This document shows positions 9,327-20,041 of a stretch of 64,000 nucleotides of DNA, one piece after another; the stretch's first letter is position 1; each line of letters starts with the position of its first letter. Position numbers and translations under genes: made by a program. The notes beneath the pieces are model-generated. The model had not been told where the DNA came from and did no database searches. It saw only the letters and a list, made by a program, of their open reading frames with translations. The DNA comes from Candidatus Altimarinota bacterium (lineage in GTDB: Bacteria; Patescibacteriota; Gracilibacteria; BD1-5; UBA2023). The DNA lies in the NCBI GenBank assembly GCA_031375155.1, contig JANMHM010000012.1:2343-66342 (forward strand). The letters run 5' to 3'.

Positions 9327-9965
9327 ATGTGACACAAAGTCTCACCTCTTGCATTCCGCATCGGATACATCAAAACATGGCGTACTACAGGGTACTATGA
9401 CCGTAATGATTATGCTCTCCATACAGCTCAAGATGTAGCTATCCGTGCACTGGTCATGAAGCACTTCAAGAATCTTCCTCTTGCAAATGTATTTATGAAT
9501 CATAACGGAAATAGTCTCCTTTCTATTATCCTCTTTACTTCTCGTCCTGCGGTGATCCTCGGAACGAATGATGATAATATAAATGGTCTCAAGGATATCC
9601 TCGCAAAGAGATTTCCTGGATATACATTTTCTCTCGAAGTGAAGGAAGTGAAAAAACCGGAGCTCTCAGCTCAGATAGTAGCAGACTCTATCGCTCGTCA
9701 GATCGAGAAAAAGATGCCATATCGTCGAGTGATCAAAAATGCTATCGCAAAAACTATGGAGAAGGGAGGTCTCGGTATCAAAGTAAAACTCGGAGGTCGA
9801 CTCAATGGAGCAGAAATCGCTCGTCGTGAAACCTATAAAGATGGAAGCATCCCATCTCAGACTATCCGGGCTGACGTAGAATTTGCTTACGAAAGAGCAG
9901 AAACTCCATCAGGTACGATCGGACTCAAGGTCTGGATCTATAAAGGTGATGTTTTCAAAAAATAA
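9327..9965 (+). CDS. rpsC: 30S ribosomal protein S3
   Basis: ATG 9327, TGA as codon 2 (MGHKVSPLAFRIGY). Same frame as ORF 9456-9965. Confidence 0.95.
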
Positions 9966-10010
9966 ACTTGCAATTCCGAATTTTTATCTATAATCTTAAC
10001 GATTCTTCTC

Positions 10011-10427
10011 ATGCTACAACCGAGCAGAACAAAATATCGAAAGGCGCAACGTGGAGTCATCAAGGGTCTTGCCACTCGTGGTTCAGACATATCCTTTGGT
10101 GAATTTGCCCTTAAGACAACCGAATCTGGTTACATTACATCTCGACAGATCGAGAGTGCCCGCAAGGCTATCGTCCGCTTTCTCAAGAAGGGAGGACAAC
10201 TCTGGATCCGTATATTTCCTGATAAACCATATACAACTCACGCTGCAGAAGCTCCAATGGGTGGTGGTAAAGGAAGTGTCGAAATGTATCGTGCCCCTGT
10301 AAAACCTGGACGTATTCTCTTTGAAATGGGAGATATCTCTCCAGAAATTGCTAGGGAAGCATTTACGATTGCATCGCATAAGCTTCCGGTAAAAACAAAG
10401 ATTCTCATGTCAAAGAACGAATTCTAA
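10011..10427 (+). CDS. rplP: 50S ribosomal protein L16
   Basis: Intact ORF starting [11 protein letters not shown]. Confidence 0.95.
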   Translation: MLQPSRTKYRKAQRGVIKGLATRGSDISFGEFALKTTESGYITSRQIESARKAIVRFLKKGGQLWIRIFPDKPYTTHAAEAPMGGGKGSVEMYRAPVKPGRILFEMGDISPEIAREAFTIASHKLPVKTKILMSKNEF

Positions 10428-10461
10428 TATTCATCTGCGACCATCATTACACTCTCTCTTT

Positions 10462-10671
10462 ATGGCAAAAGCAAAAAAAACATCTAAGACTCCAAAAGAC
10501 TTCAAATCTCTCGATAGAGCCGAGCTTACTACAGAGCTTATGGCTTCGAGAAAAGAACTCTTCTCGCTCCGTATGAAGCACTCACTCGGTGAGCTCAAGC
10601 AGCCTCATCTTGTCCGTGTCGCACGCCGAAGTGTGGCTCAGATTTCTACGGCTCTCAGTTCCTCAATCTAA
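10462..10671 (+). CDS. rpmC: 50S ribosomal protein L29
   Basis: Intact 69-aa ORF in the conserved position. Confidence 0.85.
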   Translation: MAKAKKTSKTPKDFKSLDRAELTTELMASRKELFSLRMKHSLGELKQPHLVRVARRSVAQISTALSSSI

Positions 10672-10691
10672 TTTCTTTACTTCAATTTCCT

Positions 10692-10940
10692 ATGCGTACT
10701 AAGACCGGTGTCGTCACAAGTACTAAGATGCAGAAAACTATCGTCGTCACTGTCGATACGTATAAAACGCATCCAAAGTATCAAAAGCGCTACAAATCTT
10801 CTGTAAAATTTTATGCTCATGATGAGAATGGACTCGCAAAACTCGGTGACACTGTCACAGTGAGTGAGACTCGTCCTCTCTCTCGTCTTAAGCGCTGGTC
10901 TCTTATAGAAGATTCTATCGTCTCTACCTCTAGTAAATAA
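10692..10940 (+). CDS. rpsQ: 30S ribosomal protein S17
   Basis: Intact 82-aa ORF in the conserved position. Confidence 0.9.
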   Translation: MRTKTGVVTSTKMQKTIVVTVDTYKTHPKYQKRYKSSVKFYAHDENGLAKLGDTVTVSETRPLSRLKRWSLIEDSIVSTSSK

Positions 10941-10952
10941 TTTTCTCACTTT

Positions 10953-11321
10953 ATGATTCAGGCAGAAAGCAGACTCGTAGTCGTGGATAATACAGGTGCT
11001 AAAGAAGTACTCTGTATCAAAGTCCTCAAAGGATCAAAGCGTCGTTATGCGAGCGTCGGTGATATCATCGTCGTCTCTGTGAAGCGTGCACTTCCTAATG
11101 GAAACATCAAAAAGAAAGCCGTATGTAAGGCCGTCATAGTCCGTGTTTCGAAAGAAGTACGTCGTGACGATGGTACTTATGTACGATCAGATGATAATGC
11201 ATGTGTGATTATCGACGATAAGCTCGAACCAAAAGGAACTCGTATTTTTGGACCTGTCTTCCGCGAACTCAAGGCGAGAGGATACCAGAAGATCGTGTCT
11301 CTTGCTCCAGAAGTTGTATAA
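10953..11321 (+). CDS. rplN: 50S ribosomal protein L14
   Basis: Intact ORF starting [18 protein letters not shown]. Confidence 0.95.
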   Translation: MIQAESRLVVVDNTGAKEVLCIKVLKGSKRRYASVGDIIVVSVKRALPNGNIKKKAVCKAVIVRVSKEVRRDDGTYVRSDDNACVIIDDKLEPKGTRIFGPVFRELKARGYQKIVSLAPEVV

Positions 11322-11362
11322 TTTGCCCATAAAAAGTCTCTAAAAATATTTCTATTCACTCT

Positions 11363-11665
11363 ATGAAAATCCACAAAGATGATCAGGTCATCGTCATTTC
11401 CGGAAAAGATAAAGGAAAAAAAGCAAAAGTCCTTCGAGCTATTCCTGATAGTAGTACTCTCGTCGTCGAAGGTGTAGGAGTCGTCACTCGTCACATGAAG
11501 CGTCAGGGATCTACTCCTGGACAGAAAGTCACTTTTGAAAAACCGATCAGTGCTTCCAACGTCATGCTTCTCGATCCAAAATCAGGAGAGCCCACTCGTA
11601 TCGGATACAAGATCGAAAATGGAAAAAAAGTCCGATTTGCAAAAAAATCAGGAACGACTCTCTAA
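11363..11665 (+). CDS. rplX: 50S ribosomal protein L24
   Basis: Intact ORF starting MKIHKDDQVIVISGKDKGK. Confidence 0.9.
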   Translation: MKIHKDDQVIVISGKDKGKKAKVLRAIPDSSTLVVEGVGVVTRHMKRQGSTPGQKVTFEKPISASNVMLLDPKSGEPTRIGYKIENGKKVRFAKKSGTTL

Positions 11666-11717
11666 AAAAACACTCATCGTATTATTTACTCTATAGTACA
11701 CCCTTAATCCTCTTCTC

Positions 11718-12257
11718 ATGACTTTCAAAGAACAATACATCAAAAAAATCCTTCCTGAACTTGCAAAAGAACTGGGTATAGAAAATGCTATGCAGATTCC
11801 TCATATCGAAAAAATCGTTCTCAATATGGGTATCGGTACCTATGTGGCTGCTGGGAATAAAGATTTCTCTAGTCTTCGCAATGATCTCGCACTTATCTCA
11901 GGACAACTTCCACGTATTAATCATGCACGTATCGCAATCTCGAACTTCAAACTTCGCGAAGGTATGCCTGTCGGAATGATGGTCACTCTCCGCGGTGAGC
12001 GTATGTTTGCTTTTCTCGAAAAACTTATCGCTATCGTCCTCCCTCGTGTCCGTGACTTTCGTGGTGTTTCTGCTCGTGGTTTTGACCAAGAGGGGAACTT
12101 CAATTTTGGAATCAGAGAACATACGATCTTCCCAGAAGTTCCTCAGCTTGACGTCGTCAAGTCACACGGACTTCAGGTGACGATCAAAATGAAATCATGA
12201 ACTCCAGCTCACTCGAAGGCTCTTCTGGAAAAAATGAGTTTCCCCTTCAGTAAATAA
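11718..12257 (+). CDS. rplE: 50S ribosomal protein L5
   Basis: ORF 11718-12200 continues through TGA to TAA 12255. Confidence 0.95.
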
Positions 12258-12286
12258 TCTTCCCTCTAAAACCTAAATTCCTCTCT

Positions 12287-12511
12287 ATGGCTCGAACAGC
12301 TCTCGTCAATAAATGTAGAAATGCTCAAAATGCAGCATCTCGCGCTCATGACCTCGGTAAAGAACCAAAATTCTCTACTCGACTCTACCACCGTTGCTCA
12401 CACTGTGGTCGATCGAACGGATATATCGGAAAATTCGATCTTTGTCGAATCTGTGTCCGCGAGAAGGCAAATGCCTGAGAACTTATGGGTGTTCGTAAGT
12501 CAAGCTGGTAA
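12287..12511 (+). CDS. rpsN: 30S ribosomal protein S14 (zinc-binding type)
   Basis: CSHCGR...CRIC. Continues through TGA to ...[11 protein letters not shown], with TAA at 12509. Confidence 0.9.
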
Positions 12512-12558
12512 TAGTCGAACCTGGATATACTTTTTACTTCCGTTTTCTCTCTCTTTTT

Positions 12559-12945
12559 ATGATCATCGATCCTATCGCAGATCTTCTCACTCGTATCAGA
12601 AATGGCTACCTTGCTCGTCTTTCGAGTATCGAGGCACCATATTCAAAAATCAAGGCTGAAATCCTCCGAATTCTCAAGAAGAATGGGCATATTGTAGAGT
12701 TTACTCTTTCTGAGGAGACTCATACATTTGTGATCACACTTCATGATGTTCGTAAGACAAAATATGTTCCATCATTTCGTCGAATCTCTCGACCAGGACA
12801 GCGTATCTACGTTCGCTCTACAGAGATCAAAAAATCACGAAATGGAGTCGGTATATTTATCCTCTCTACCCCCAAAGGAATCGTCACAGGATATGAGGCA
12901 CACTCTCTTGGAGTAGGCGGAGAACTTCTCTGTGAGGTGTTCTAG
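12559..12945 (+). CDS. rpsH: 30S ribosomal protein S8
   Basis: Intact ORF starting MIIDPIADLLTRIRNG. Confidence 0.95.
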   Translation: MIIDPIADLLTRIRNGYLARLSSIEAPYSKIKAEILRILKKNGHIVEFTLSEETHTFVITLHDVRKTKYVPSFRRISRPGQRIYVRSTEIKKSRNGVGIFILSTPKGIVTGYEAHSLGVGGELLCEVF

Positions 12946-12980
12946 AATGATAAACCTTAAAAACTTTTAACTCAAATTTT

Positions 12981-13532
12981 ATGTCTCGAATCGGAAAACA
13001 ACCCGTCAAACTTCCTGCAGGAGTTTCTGTAGAGATCACTGCTACGGAAATACAGATCAAAGGATCTAAGGGGAATCTCATGTTTAATATCCTCGAATGA
13101 GTAGCTGTAACGCAAGAAGGAGAAACTCTTCTCGTATCAGTACAAAATCCTGAGAATAAACAACAGCGTGCCTACTGGGGCCTTACTCGTGCCATGCTTC
13201 AAAATATGGTCGTAGGAGTTTCAGATGGATATACGAAGAGTCTCGAAATCATCGGAGTAGGGTATAAATTCGATGTGAAAGGTCCACGAAAGATTGAGCT
13301 TGCTATAGGATTTTCCCATAAAGTAAATGTCGATGCTCCTGAAGGTATCACTATCGAGGCAGATAAGGAAGAAAAAAATAAAATCCACCTTCGTTCTCAT
13401 GATAAGCAACTTCTCGGATACTTCGCTGCTTATATCCGTTCTTTGAAAAAACCAGAACCGTATAAAGGAAAAGGTATTAGATACGTCGGTGAATATGTCC
13501 GCAGAAAGGCAGGTAAGACTGCTGGTAAATAA
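12981..13532 (+). CDS. rplF: 50S ribosomal protein L6
   Basis: ATG 12981 (MSRIGKQPVKLPAGV), one TGA, same frame as ORF 13194-13532. Confidence 0.95.
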
Positions 13533-13568
13533 TTATAGATTCTATTATAAATTATAAAATTACGTTTT

Positions 13569-13910
13569 ATGTTACAGAAAGTCCAAAATCGTCTTCGCCG
13601 AGCCAATCGTGTACGTGCTCGTATCGAATGAACTGCTTCGAAGCCTCGCCTCAGTGTATTTCGTAGTAATACGCATATCACAGCCCAGGCTATCGATGAT
13701 AGTACAGGAGCTACTCTCTGCAGTGCTCATGATATCGCAGCGAAAAAAGGCACAAAATCGGAACGCGCACGTGAAGTCTGAGCTACTATCGCAAAGACTA
13801 TGCTCGAAAAAGGGATCACGGCATGTATATTCGACCGAGGTGGATATCTCTATCACGGACGAGTCAAGGCTCTTGCTGAAGGTGCTCGTGAAGCTGGACT
13901 CACTTTCTAA
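13569..13910 (+). CDS. rplR: 50S ribosomal protein L18
   Basis: ATG 13569 to TAA 13908 with 2 TGA. Motifs [15 protein letters not shown] and [24 protein letters not shown]. No matching L18 ORF appears in the standard-code track. Confidence 0.9.
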
Positions 13911-13946
13911 TACGATCTATTCTCTTCTCTTAATAACTCTCTTTCT

Positions 13947-14747
13947 ATGTCAGATACCCAGAACCAAACACTTCCTGAAAACCCAGAAACTTCTGTAGTA
14001 GAGACTCCTGTCGACACTCCTGTAGTCGCTGAAAAATCATCTTCAGAACGTCCATCTCGTGATGGAGATCGAAAAGATCGTGGTGGTGATCGTCCTCGTG
14101 GACCTCGCCGTGATGGTATGCGTGAAGAGGAAAAAGAATTTAAAGAAGAGATGCTCGAGATCGCTCGTGTGACACGTGTCACGGCTGGAGGTCGTCAGAT
14201 CCGATTCCGTGCGTCTATCGTCATCGGTGATGGAAAAGGTCGTATCGGACTCGGTGTCGGAAAGGCAGGAGAAGTCCAGATGGCTATAGAGAAGGCGATC
14301 CGTGATGCGAAGAAAAACCTCATTACCTTCCAGATCGTGAACGGTACTATCGCTCATGAAGTGACTGTAGAGTATAAGGCATCAAGTCTCCATATCCACC
14401 CAGCTCATCCAGGTACTGGTATCATCGCTGGAGGTGCCGTACGAAAAATATTCTCCGTCTCAGGTATCAAGGACATCATCGCCAAACAGCATGGAGCTCC
14501 CAATAAGATCACCAATGCTCGTGTCGCCATGAAGGCACTCGCATCTCTGAAACCTACAGGACTTATCATGAAATTCGCTTCGAAGAATGAAGGAAAGGAA
14601 GGAGGAGAAAAAATAGCCAAAACTCCAGAAGCAAAAAAAGAAAAAGTCACTGTAGCAAAAAAGGCTCCAGAAGCAAAAAAATCTACTCCAGTAAAAGCAG
14701 AAAAACCAGTAGCTAAGAAGACTCCAGCGAAAGCTAAGGCAGCATAA
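13947..14747 (+). CDS. rpsE: 30S ribosomal protein S5 with long N- and C-terminal extensions
   Basis: 266-aa ORF. The S5 core is flanked by an Arg/Asp-rich N-extension and a Lys/Ala/Pro-rich C-tail. Confidence 0.9.
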   Translation: MSDTQNQTLPENPETSVVETPVDTPVVAEKSSSERPSRDGDRKDRGGDRPRGPRRDGMREEEKEFKEEMLEIARVTRVTAGGRQIRFRASIVIGDGKGRIGLGVGKAGEVQMAIEKAIRDAKKNLITFQIVNGTIAHEVTVEYKASSLHIHPAHPGTGIIAGGAVRKIFSVSGIKDIIAKQHGAPNKITNARVAMKALASLKPTGLIMKFASKNEGKEGGEKIAKTPEAKKEKVTVAKKAPEAKKSTPVKAEKPVAKKTPAKAKAA

Positions 14748-14779
14748 TCCAAAGAATAAAAATCTAAAATCTACTTTCT

Positions 14780-15235
14780 ATGACAACTCTCACTACACTC
14801 AAGCCTACTCCAGGTTCTCTGACTCGTCCACGTCGCGTCGCTCGCGGTGTGAGCTCTGGTCTCTGAGGGACATGCGGACGCGGTATGAATGGTCAAAACT
14901 CTCGTACAGGAAAAGGAAAGCGCTATCCTACATTCGAAGGAGGACAGACTCGACTCTTTATCCGTACTCCGAAAAAGAGAGGATTCACTGCATACGCTCC
15001 GAAGGACTTCGTCACGATCAATCTCGATCAAATCCAGAAGCTCGCTGATGCTGGTATCACGACTGTGGACTACGCAGTCCTCTACGAGCGTCGTATGATC
15101 CGAGAGAAAGGAAAGCTCCTGAAAGTCCTCGGACGAGGTACTCTCACATCGAAGATCGAGCTCATGGCTGACTCCGTCTCTGCTGGTGCTCGTACTATGA
15201 TCGAGAAGGCAGGAGGTAGCGTGACCGTCGCATAA
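14780..15235 (+). CDS. rplO: 50S ribosomal protein L15
   Basis: ATG 14780. SSGL-G-GTCGRGMNGQ with TGA at a Gly position. Same frame as ORF 14885-15235. Confidence 0.95.
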
Positions 15236-15250
15236 ATCAGATATATAAGA

Positions 15251-15279
15251 AATCCCTCACGAAAGTGGGGGATTATTTT
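15251..15279. terminator. Rho-independent terminator (bidirectional position)
   Basis: AATCCCTCAC-GAAA-GTGGGGGATT followed by ATTTTA. Confidence 0.6.
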
Positions 15280-15664
15280 AGATAATAGCATTTATATTAG
15301 TTCGATGAGATTTTACTGCTTTCTCTGCTTGCAATTCCTTCCTAAGATCTCAGGATACAGCATTTGCCAAATATATGCCTAAATCACACTTTCAGTATCC
15401 TAGAGCACCGCTACTATTCTTAAACTGGAATTGCACTATCCTATTAGTTTTATTGATCGCTATATCAAAAATCCAAAGTGGATATATTGTCTCTGTGCGT
15501 GTATCTGTATCGAATAATGGAATAGGAGATATAAAAGTAGCATTATCGATTTTTTGACGCTTCCATTCGCTACTTTCGATATCTAAAAGTAAATGTGATT
15601 CTTTACTATCAAATATCTCGGGCAAGATTTCAGAGGTATCGGGCGTATCAGCAAGAGTAGTCAT
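15278..15664 (-). CDS. Hypothetical protein encoded antisense inside the rplO-secY gap
   Basis: ATG (reverse complement) at 15662-15664 (MTTLADTPDTSE). ORF 15392-15748 continues through 2 TGA to TAA at 15278. Confidence 0.5.
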
Positions 15665-15801
15665 ATAATTAATTTTAAAATTAAAATGTATACTTAGACT
15701 ACCACTCTCTCTCTCTCTTGTCAAATTTCTCCGTACTTTCCTTTGCATTTTCTCATTTTTTCCCTAGAATACGCGAGAATTTCTATTTTATTCTACTCAC
15801 T

Positions 15802-17121
15802 ATGATCGCTAATATCCAAAAAGTCTGGGCAACAGAACATATCCGCAAGAAGATACTCTTCACGCTCGGTATCGTTATCGTCTATAAGCTCCTCGCGACT
15901 ATCCCTGTTCCATGAGTCAATATCGCTCTTCTCGATGCTTTTACTGAGCAACTCCGGGCCAATACTCAGCTCGCGTTTTTCGGCTCTATTATGGGAGGTG
16001 GACTCGAGCAATTCTCCATCATTCTCATGGGTCTAGCACCGTATATCAATGCGACTATCATCATCCAGCTTCTTACTGTGATCATCCCTTCACTTGAGGC
16101 ACTGAAAAAAGAAGGTGAACAAGGACAGAAAAAAATCAATAACTATACTCGCTATCTCACCGTCCCTCTCGCTCTCGCTCAGAGCTATGGTATGATCTAC
16201 CTTCTCAATACTATCATCGGTACAGGAGAAGCTGGAGCGAGTATCATCGATACGACGAACTTCATGGGAGTCGTACTTCCAGCTATGCTCGCGATCACTG
16301 CAGGTACTATGGTACTTCTCTGGCTCGGTGATCTCATCACAGAGTCTGGTATAGGAAATGGGAGCTCGATCATCATCTTCGCCTGAGTCCTCGCAGGAGT
16401 GCCACAGCATATCTTGAATTATATCAGTACACAAAACTATGGACTCCTTCTCGTGCTGGCTATCCTTACGATAGCAGTGATATTTATCATCGTGAAGTTC
16501 ACAGAAGGATATCGTAAAGTGCCACTTATCTATACTCGTACAGGACGTGATGAGCGATCCTACTTTCCTATCCGAGTCAATCAAGCGGGTATGGTGCCGA
16601 TCATCTTCGCGGTCTCTCTCATAACATTCCCTTCACTGATCGGGCAGATCCTCGCGAAACGTGGTACTGGTATGAGTGCTACAGTGGGTGAGTGGCTCGC
16701 GACCAATCTCTCTATGCAAAATCCTGGATGGGTATATATCGCAGTCTACGCTCTTCTAGTTCTTGGATTTGCATTTTTCTATGTATCTATCACGTTCAAC
16801 ACGACTGAAGTCGCAGAAAATATCCAGAAACGCGGAGGATATATCCCAGGAGTACGTCCAGGAAAGGAAACAGCCACGTACTTACAGAAAGTCTCTGACA
16901 GACTCAACCTTTTCTGAGGAGGGTTTCTCGCACTTATCGCAGTATTTCCCTATCTCGCGACCAAGCTTGCTCCGATACTCGGATTTCCCTCTCTCGGAGC
17001 GACACAGATCGACTTCCTGATCTCTGGTGCTGGACTGATCATCGTCGTCGGAGTGATCCTCGATATTATCCGTCGTATCGATACAGATATGAAGAGTTTT
17101 GATTATAAGAAATTCCACTAA
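15802..17121 (+). CDS. secY: Preprotein translocase subunit SecY
   Basis: ATG 15802 (MIANIQKVW). Four ORF-track fragments lie in one frame, joined by TGA, ending at TAA 17119. Confidence 0.95.
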
Positions 17122-17267
17122 AAATCCCTGAAAAACTTCGAATTTCGTTGTCAGAAAAAAGTTTTCTTGATCATTTACAGCTTAGTAAACTCACTTCGAA
17201 AACTTTTTTCTTCCTTGAATTTCTTGTTTTTTAGGAATTTTCATTTCCATAAACTCACTAAATATAT

Positions 17268-17867
17268 ATGAAAATCTGCGTGTGGGATACAGAGACTACA
17301 GGATTCGCGACAAAATGAGGAGACCTCGCTCGACAGCCATATATCATCCAGTTTGCAGCGATCGAGTGAGAACTCGAGGGTGATGTATATCGTGAGATCG
17401 CACGTCACGATATCATGATCAAGCCATTTATATCGATCCCTTTCTGAGCTTCCCAAGTCAATGGTATCTATGATAAAGATGTCGCTGACTGTGAACCGAT
17501 GAATGTACATATAGATACCATACTACGTATACTCAATAATGCTGATCTCGTCTCAGGGCATAATATCGAATATGATGAAGATATCCTCTCCTACGAGCTC
17601 GCAAGACTCGGAAAAAGTGGAGAGTACTCTCCACAGAAGACGGTCTGTACTATGAGATCATCGACAGATTACTGTAAGCTCCAAGGGAGAGGATTTGCCT
17701 ATAAGCCGCCGAAACTTTCCGAGCTTCACAAACATCTTTTTTGAGAGTTTTTCGAATGAGCTCATGATGCTCTCATCGATGTAGAGGCGACTATGCGATG
17801 CTTCGTCGAGCTTGTCCGTAGATGAGTGATCGTCCCAGAGACATCGAATGTGATGCGATTGTTCTAG
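17268..17867 (+). CDS. DEDDh 3'-5' exonuclease (DnaQ/epsilon-like)
   Basis: Exo motifs VWDTETTG, GHNIEYDEDIL and HDALIDVEAT. Several in-frame TGA. TAG at 17865. Confidence 0.75.
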
Positions 17868-18997
17868 GAAAATTCTTCTATAATTCCACTTCCTATGACG
17901 ACGTCTTTATCGTAGATCACGCAGATCTGTCCTGGACTAATCGCGCGTTGGGGAACTGTAAACTGTAAACTGTAAATTATAGATTCAGCACCATTATCAT
18001 TTATAATTCATCATTTATAATTCATCATTACTTCCTGATCCTCCTGACGATACCGTATTTTCGCTCCATATCTTTTTCCTTCTTCTGGTAGAGTTCCTAC
18101 CCAATCTGTGAGAGTGCATTCACTTCCATAAAGCTCGAGCTCGTTCTCATTTCCTACGGTGATAGTGTTATTTTTCACATCCTTCGCTATTACGAAGAGT
18201 GCTGGTCATCATCCTACTTGTATACCCTTTCTTTGCCCGATAGTATAGGAATAGGCTCACTCGTGTTCCCCGATGACTATTCCAGATGTATCGAGGATGT
18301 TTCCTAGTTTTTTCGGGATCCTACGTTCGAGAAATTCTTTCATGCTCACTTTTCCGATAAAGCAGAGTCACTGTGAGTCTTTTCTTTCTGCATTGGGCAG
18401 TCATGCTTTTTTTGCTATGGCTCTGACTTCTGACTTGAGGAGGTGCCCTATCGGGAAGAGCGCATGTGAGATCTGGAATGGGGATAGTCGCGAGAGAAAG
18501 TATGATTGGTCTTTGTTTGGATCGACTCACTTCAGAAGTTGTATTTTTCTGTCATTTCGAGCTTGCGAGAAATCTTGCTCATGTATTCAGAGCAGGATGT
18601 CTCCTTTGTCGACATGACAGGTACGAGCATAGTGACCCATCGCGATACCATCATATCCGAGCGAGAGTGCTTCCTCGAGGAAGAGATCGAATTTTACGAG
18701 ATTGTTACAGAAAACGTCAGGATTGGGCGTCCTTCCCGCCTCATATTCACTATAGATGTATTCGATGATGCGTTTCTCATACTCTTCTCGATAATCGAAG
18801 GTGTAGAGAGGAAGATCGAGGTACTTTGCGACTTTTTTTGCCTCTTCGAGGTCTGCGAGCGTCGGACATGATTGTGGAAATTCCTCATCGAGATAATTGA
18901 TCATGAATCCACACGTCACTTCATGCCCATCTTGCTTGAGAAGATAGGCTGATACGGCAGAGTCTACTCATCATGAGAGTCATACGAGGATTTTCAT
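17864..18997 (-). CDS. mnmA: tRNA-specific 2-thiouridylase MnmA
   Basis: MKILVGLS-GG-VDSAV, with the PP-loop written TGA-TGA. Motifs [18 protein letters not shown] and [10 protein letters not shown]. One frame from 18997 down to TAG at 17864. Confidence 0.9.
18549..18578. repeat. Hairpin repeat unit CTGTCATTTCGA...GAGAAATCTTGC inside the mnmA coding frame
   Basis: Both 12-nt ends are identical to the intergenic copy at 173-216. It is translated as part of ...[19 protein letters not shown]... Confidence 0.6.
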
Positions 18998-18999
18998 AG

Positions 19000-19629
19000 T
19001 TATTTTTGGAGTGAGGCTATTATTTCTTCCCAATCCTTTACCCGATAAAGAAGTGGATGTTCGAAGTGTTCATTCCTATTCCAGGGCTTTTCCAGAAGTA
19101 TACAGGCGATACCATGTTCTATGAGATCGAGAGCATTTTCTATATGGTCATCGATCATCATACTGATCCCGAAACTTTTACAGATATCTGATTTTGGCCT
19201 CGCATCTTTCGAGAAATGATTCACGAAATATACATTTTTTATCGTAGGAAGGTGTGTATGAACCCAATGTATGGTACGAGGTTTTTTCCAATCTTGGTCA
19301 TCAGATCGAGCCGTGATAATAGACAGTTCTATCCCTCGTTTTTCGAGAAGTTGTACTCCATTCTTTGCGTTTTGCATGAGGGGGATACTCTGTGGATCGA
19401 GAGTTTTTTGCCCATAGGATTCCCAGACGAAACTGCTATCAGCTTCCGTGAGGGTCGGATCGAGCCCGAGAAAATCATACTTGGTGATATCTTCGAGAGA
19501 TCTGATACCGAGAAGCTTTCCGTGCGAGTGAGCCTCATCGAGCATCCCCATGACTGTACTCGCGAGCGTCTCATCGAGATCGAGACCGATATGGTTATGT
19601 TGTGCCCAGTCGAGGCGTGTGAGAGACAT
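19000..19629 (-). CDS. HAD-superfamily 5'(3')-nucleotidase-like hydrolase
   Basis: DLDETL (DxDxT) motif. The start could be 19629 or 19692. The rest of ORF 19000-19995 is antisense to fur and was rejected. Confidence 0.55.
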   Translation of the reverse strand: MSLTRLDWAQHNHIGLDLDETLASTVMGMLDEAHSHGKLLGIRSLEDITKYDFLGLDPTLTEADSSFVWESYGQKTLDPQSIPLMQNAKNGVQLLEKRGIELSIITARSDDQDWKKPRTIHWVHTHLPTIKNVYFVNHFSKDARPKSDICKSFGISMMIDDHIENALDLIEHGIACILLEKPWNRNEHFEHPLLYRVKDWEEIIASLQK

Positions 19630-19676
19630 GCCGAGAGTATAGGGAAAAATAAGAGAAAGTAAAAAAATTGATTTCC

Positions 19677-19691
19677 TGAGATTTTTTCTCA
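19677..19691. promoter_or_regulatory. TGAGA-N5-TCTCA palindrome upstream of fur
   Basis: TGAGATTTTTTCTCA, 11 nt before the fur ATG. Confidence 0.45.
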
Positions 19692-19701
19692 TAATACGTT
19701 C

Positions 19702-20040
19702 ATGCGCAAACACCAGTATCGAGACATCATCTGTTCTACTTGTGAGTGCCGGCATCTCTCCGCTGAGGATATCTATGAAGAAGTGAAACGAAAAAGTCCA
19801 GATATCGGGCGCGCGACGGTATACCGCAATATCGAAGCCATGGCAGAAGAGGGTATGCTCAGGCGATTTCCAGGAATCCACGGGAAGACCTACTACGAGT
19901 GCAACCCTGCGACTCACGCTCACCTCGTCGATGAGGCAACAGGGATTTTCTGTGATTTCCCGATCGAGAATGTTTCTATACGAGAACTCCCACAAGGCTA
20001 CAAAATATCAGAAATCCGTATCCAGATAACCCGCGAATAA
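19702..20040 (+). CDS. fur: Fur-family (Fur/PerR-like) transcriptional regulator
   Basis: 112-aa ORF with wHTH ...GRATVYRNIEAMAEEGMLRR. Its neighbours are oxidative-stress genes. Confidence 0.7.
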   Translation: MRKHQYRDIICSTCECRHLSAEDIYEEVKRKSPDIGRATVYRNIEAMAEEGMLRRFPGIHGKTYYECNPATHAHLVDEATGIFCDFPIENVSIRELPQGYKISEIRIQITRE

Positions 20041-20041
20041 C

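Noticed and set aside
6069-17121. Ribosomal-protein genes look like pseudogenes broken by stop codons in the supplied ORF track.
   Set aside because: All the breaks are TGA, and the fragments stay in frame. TGA aligns with conserved glycines, so these are intact genes read with table 25.
19630-19995. N-terminal 120 or so residues of the listed 331-aa ORF 19000-19995.
   Set aside because: This part is antisense to the Fur-family gene. The HAD hydrolase homology (DLDETL) begins only after the internal starts at 19629 or 19692.
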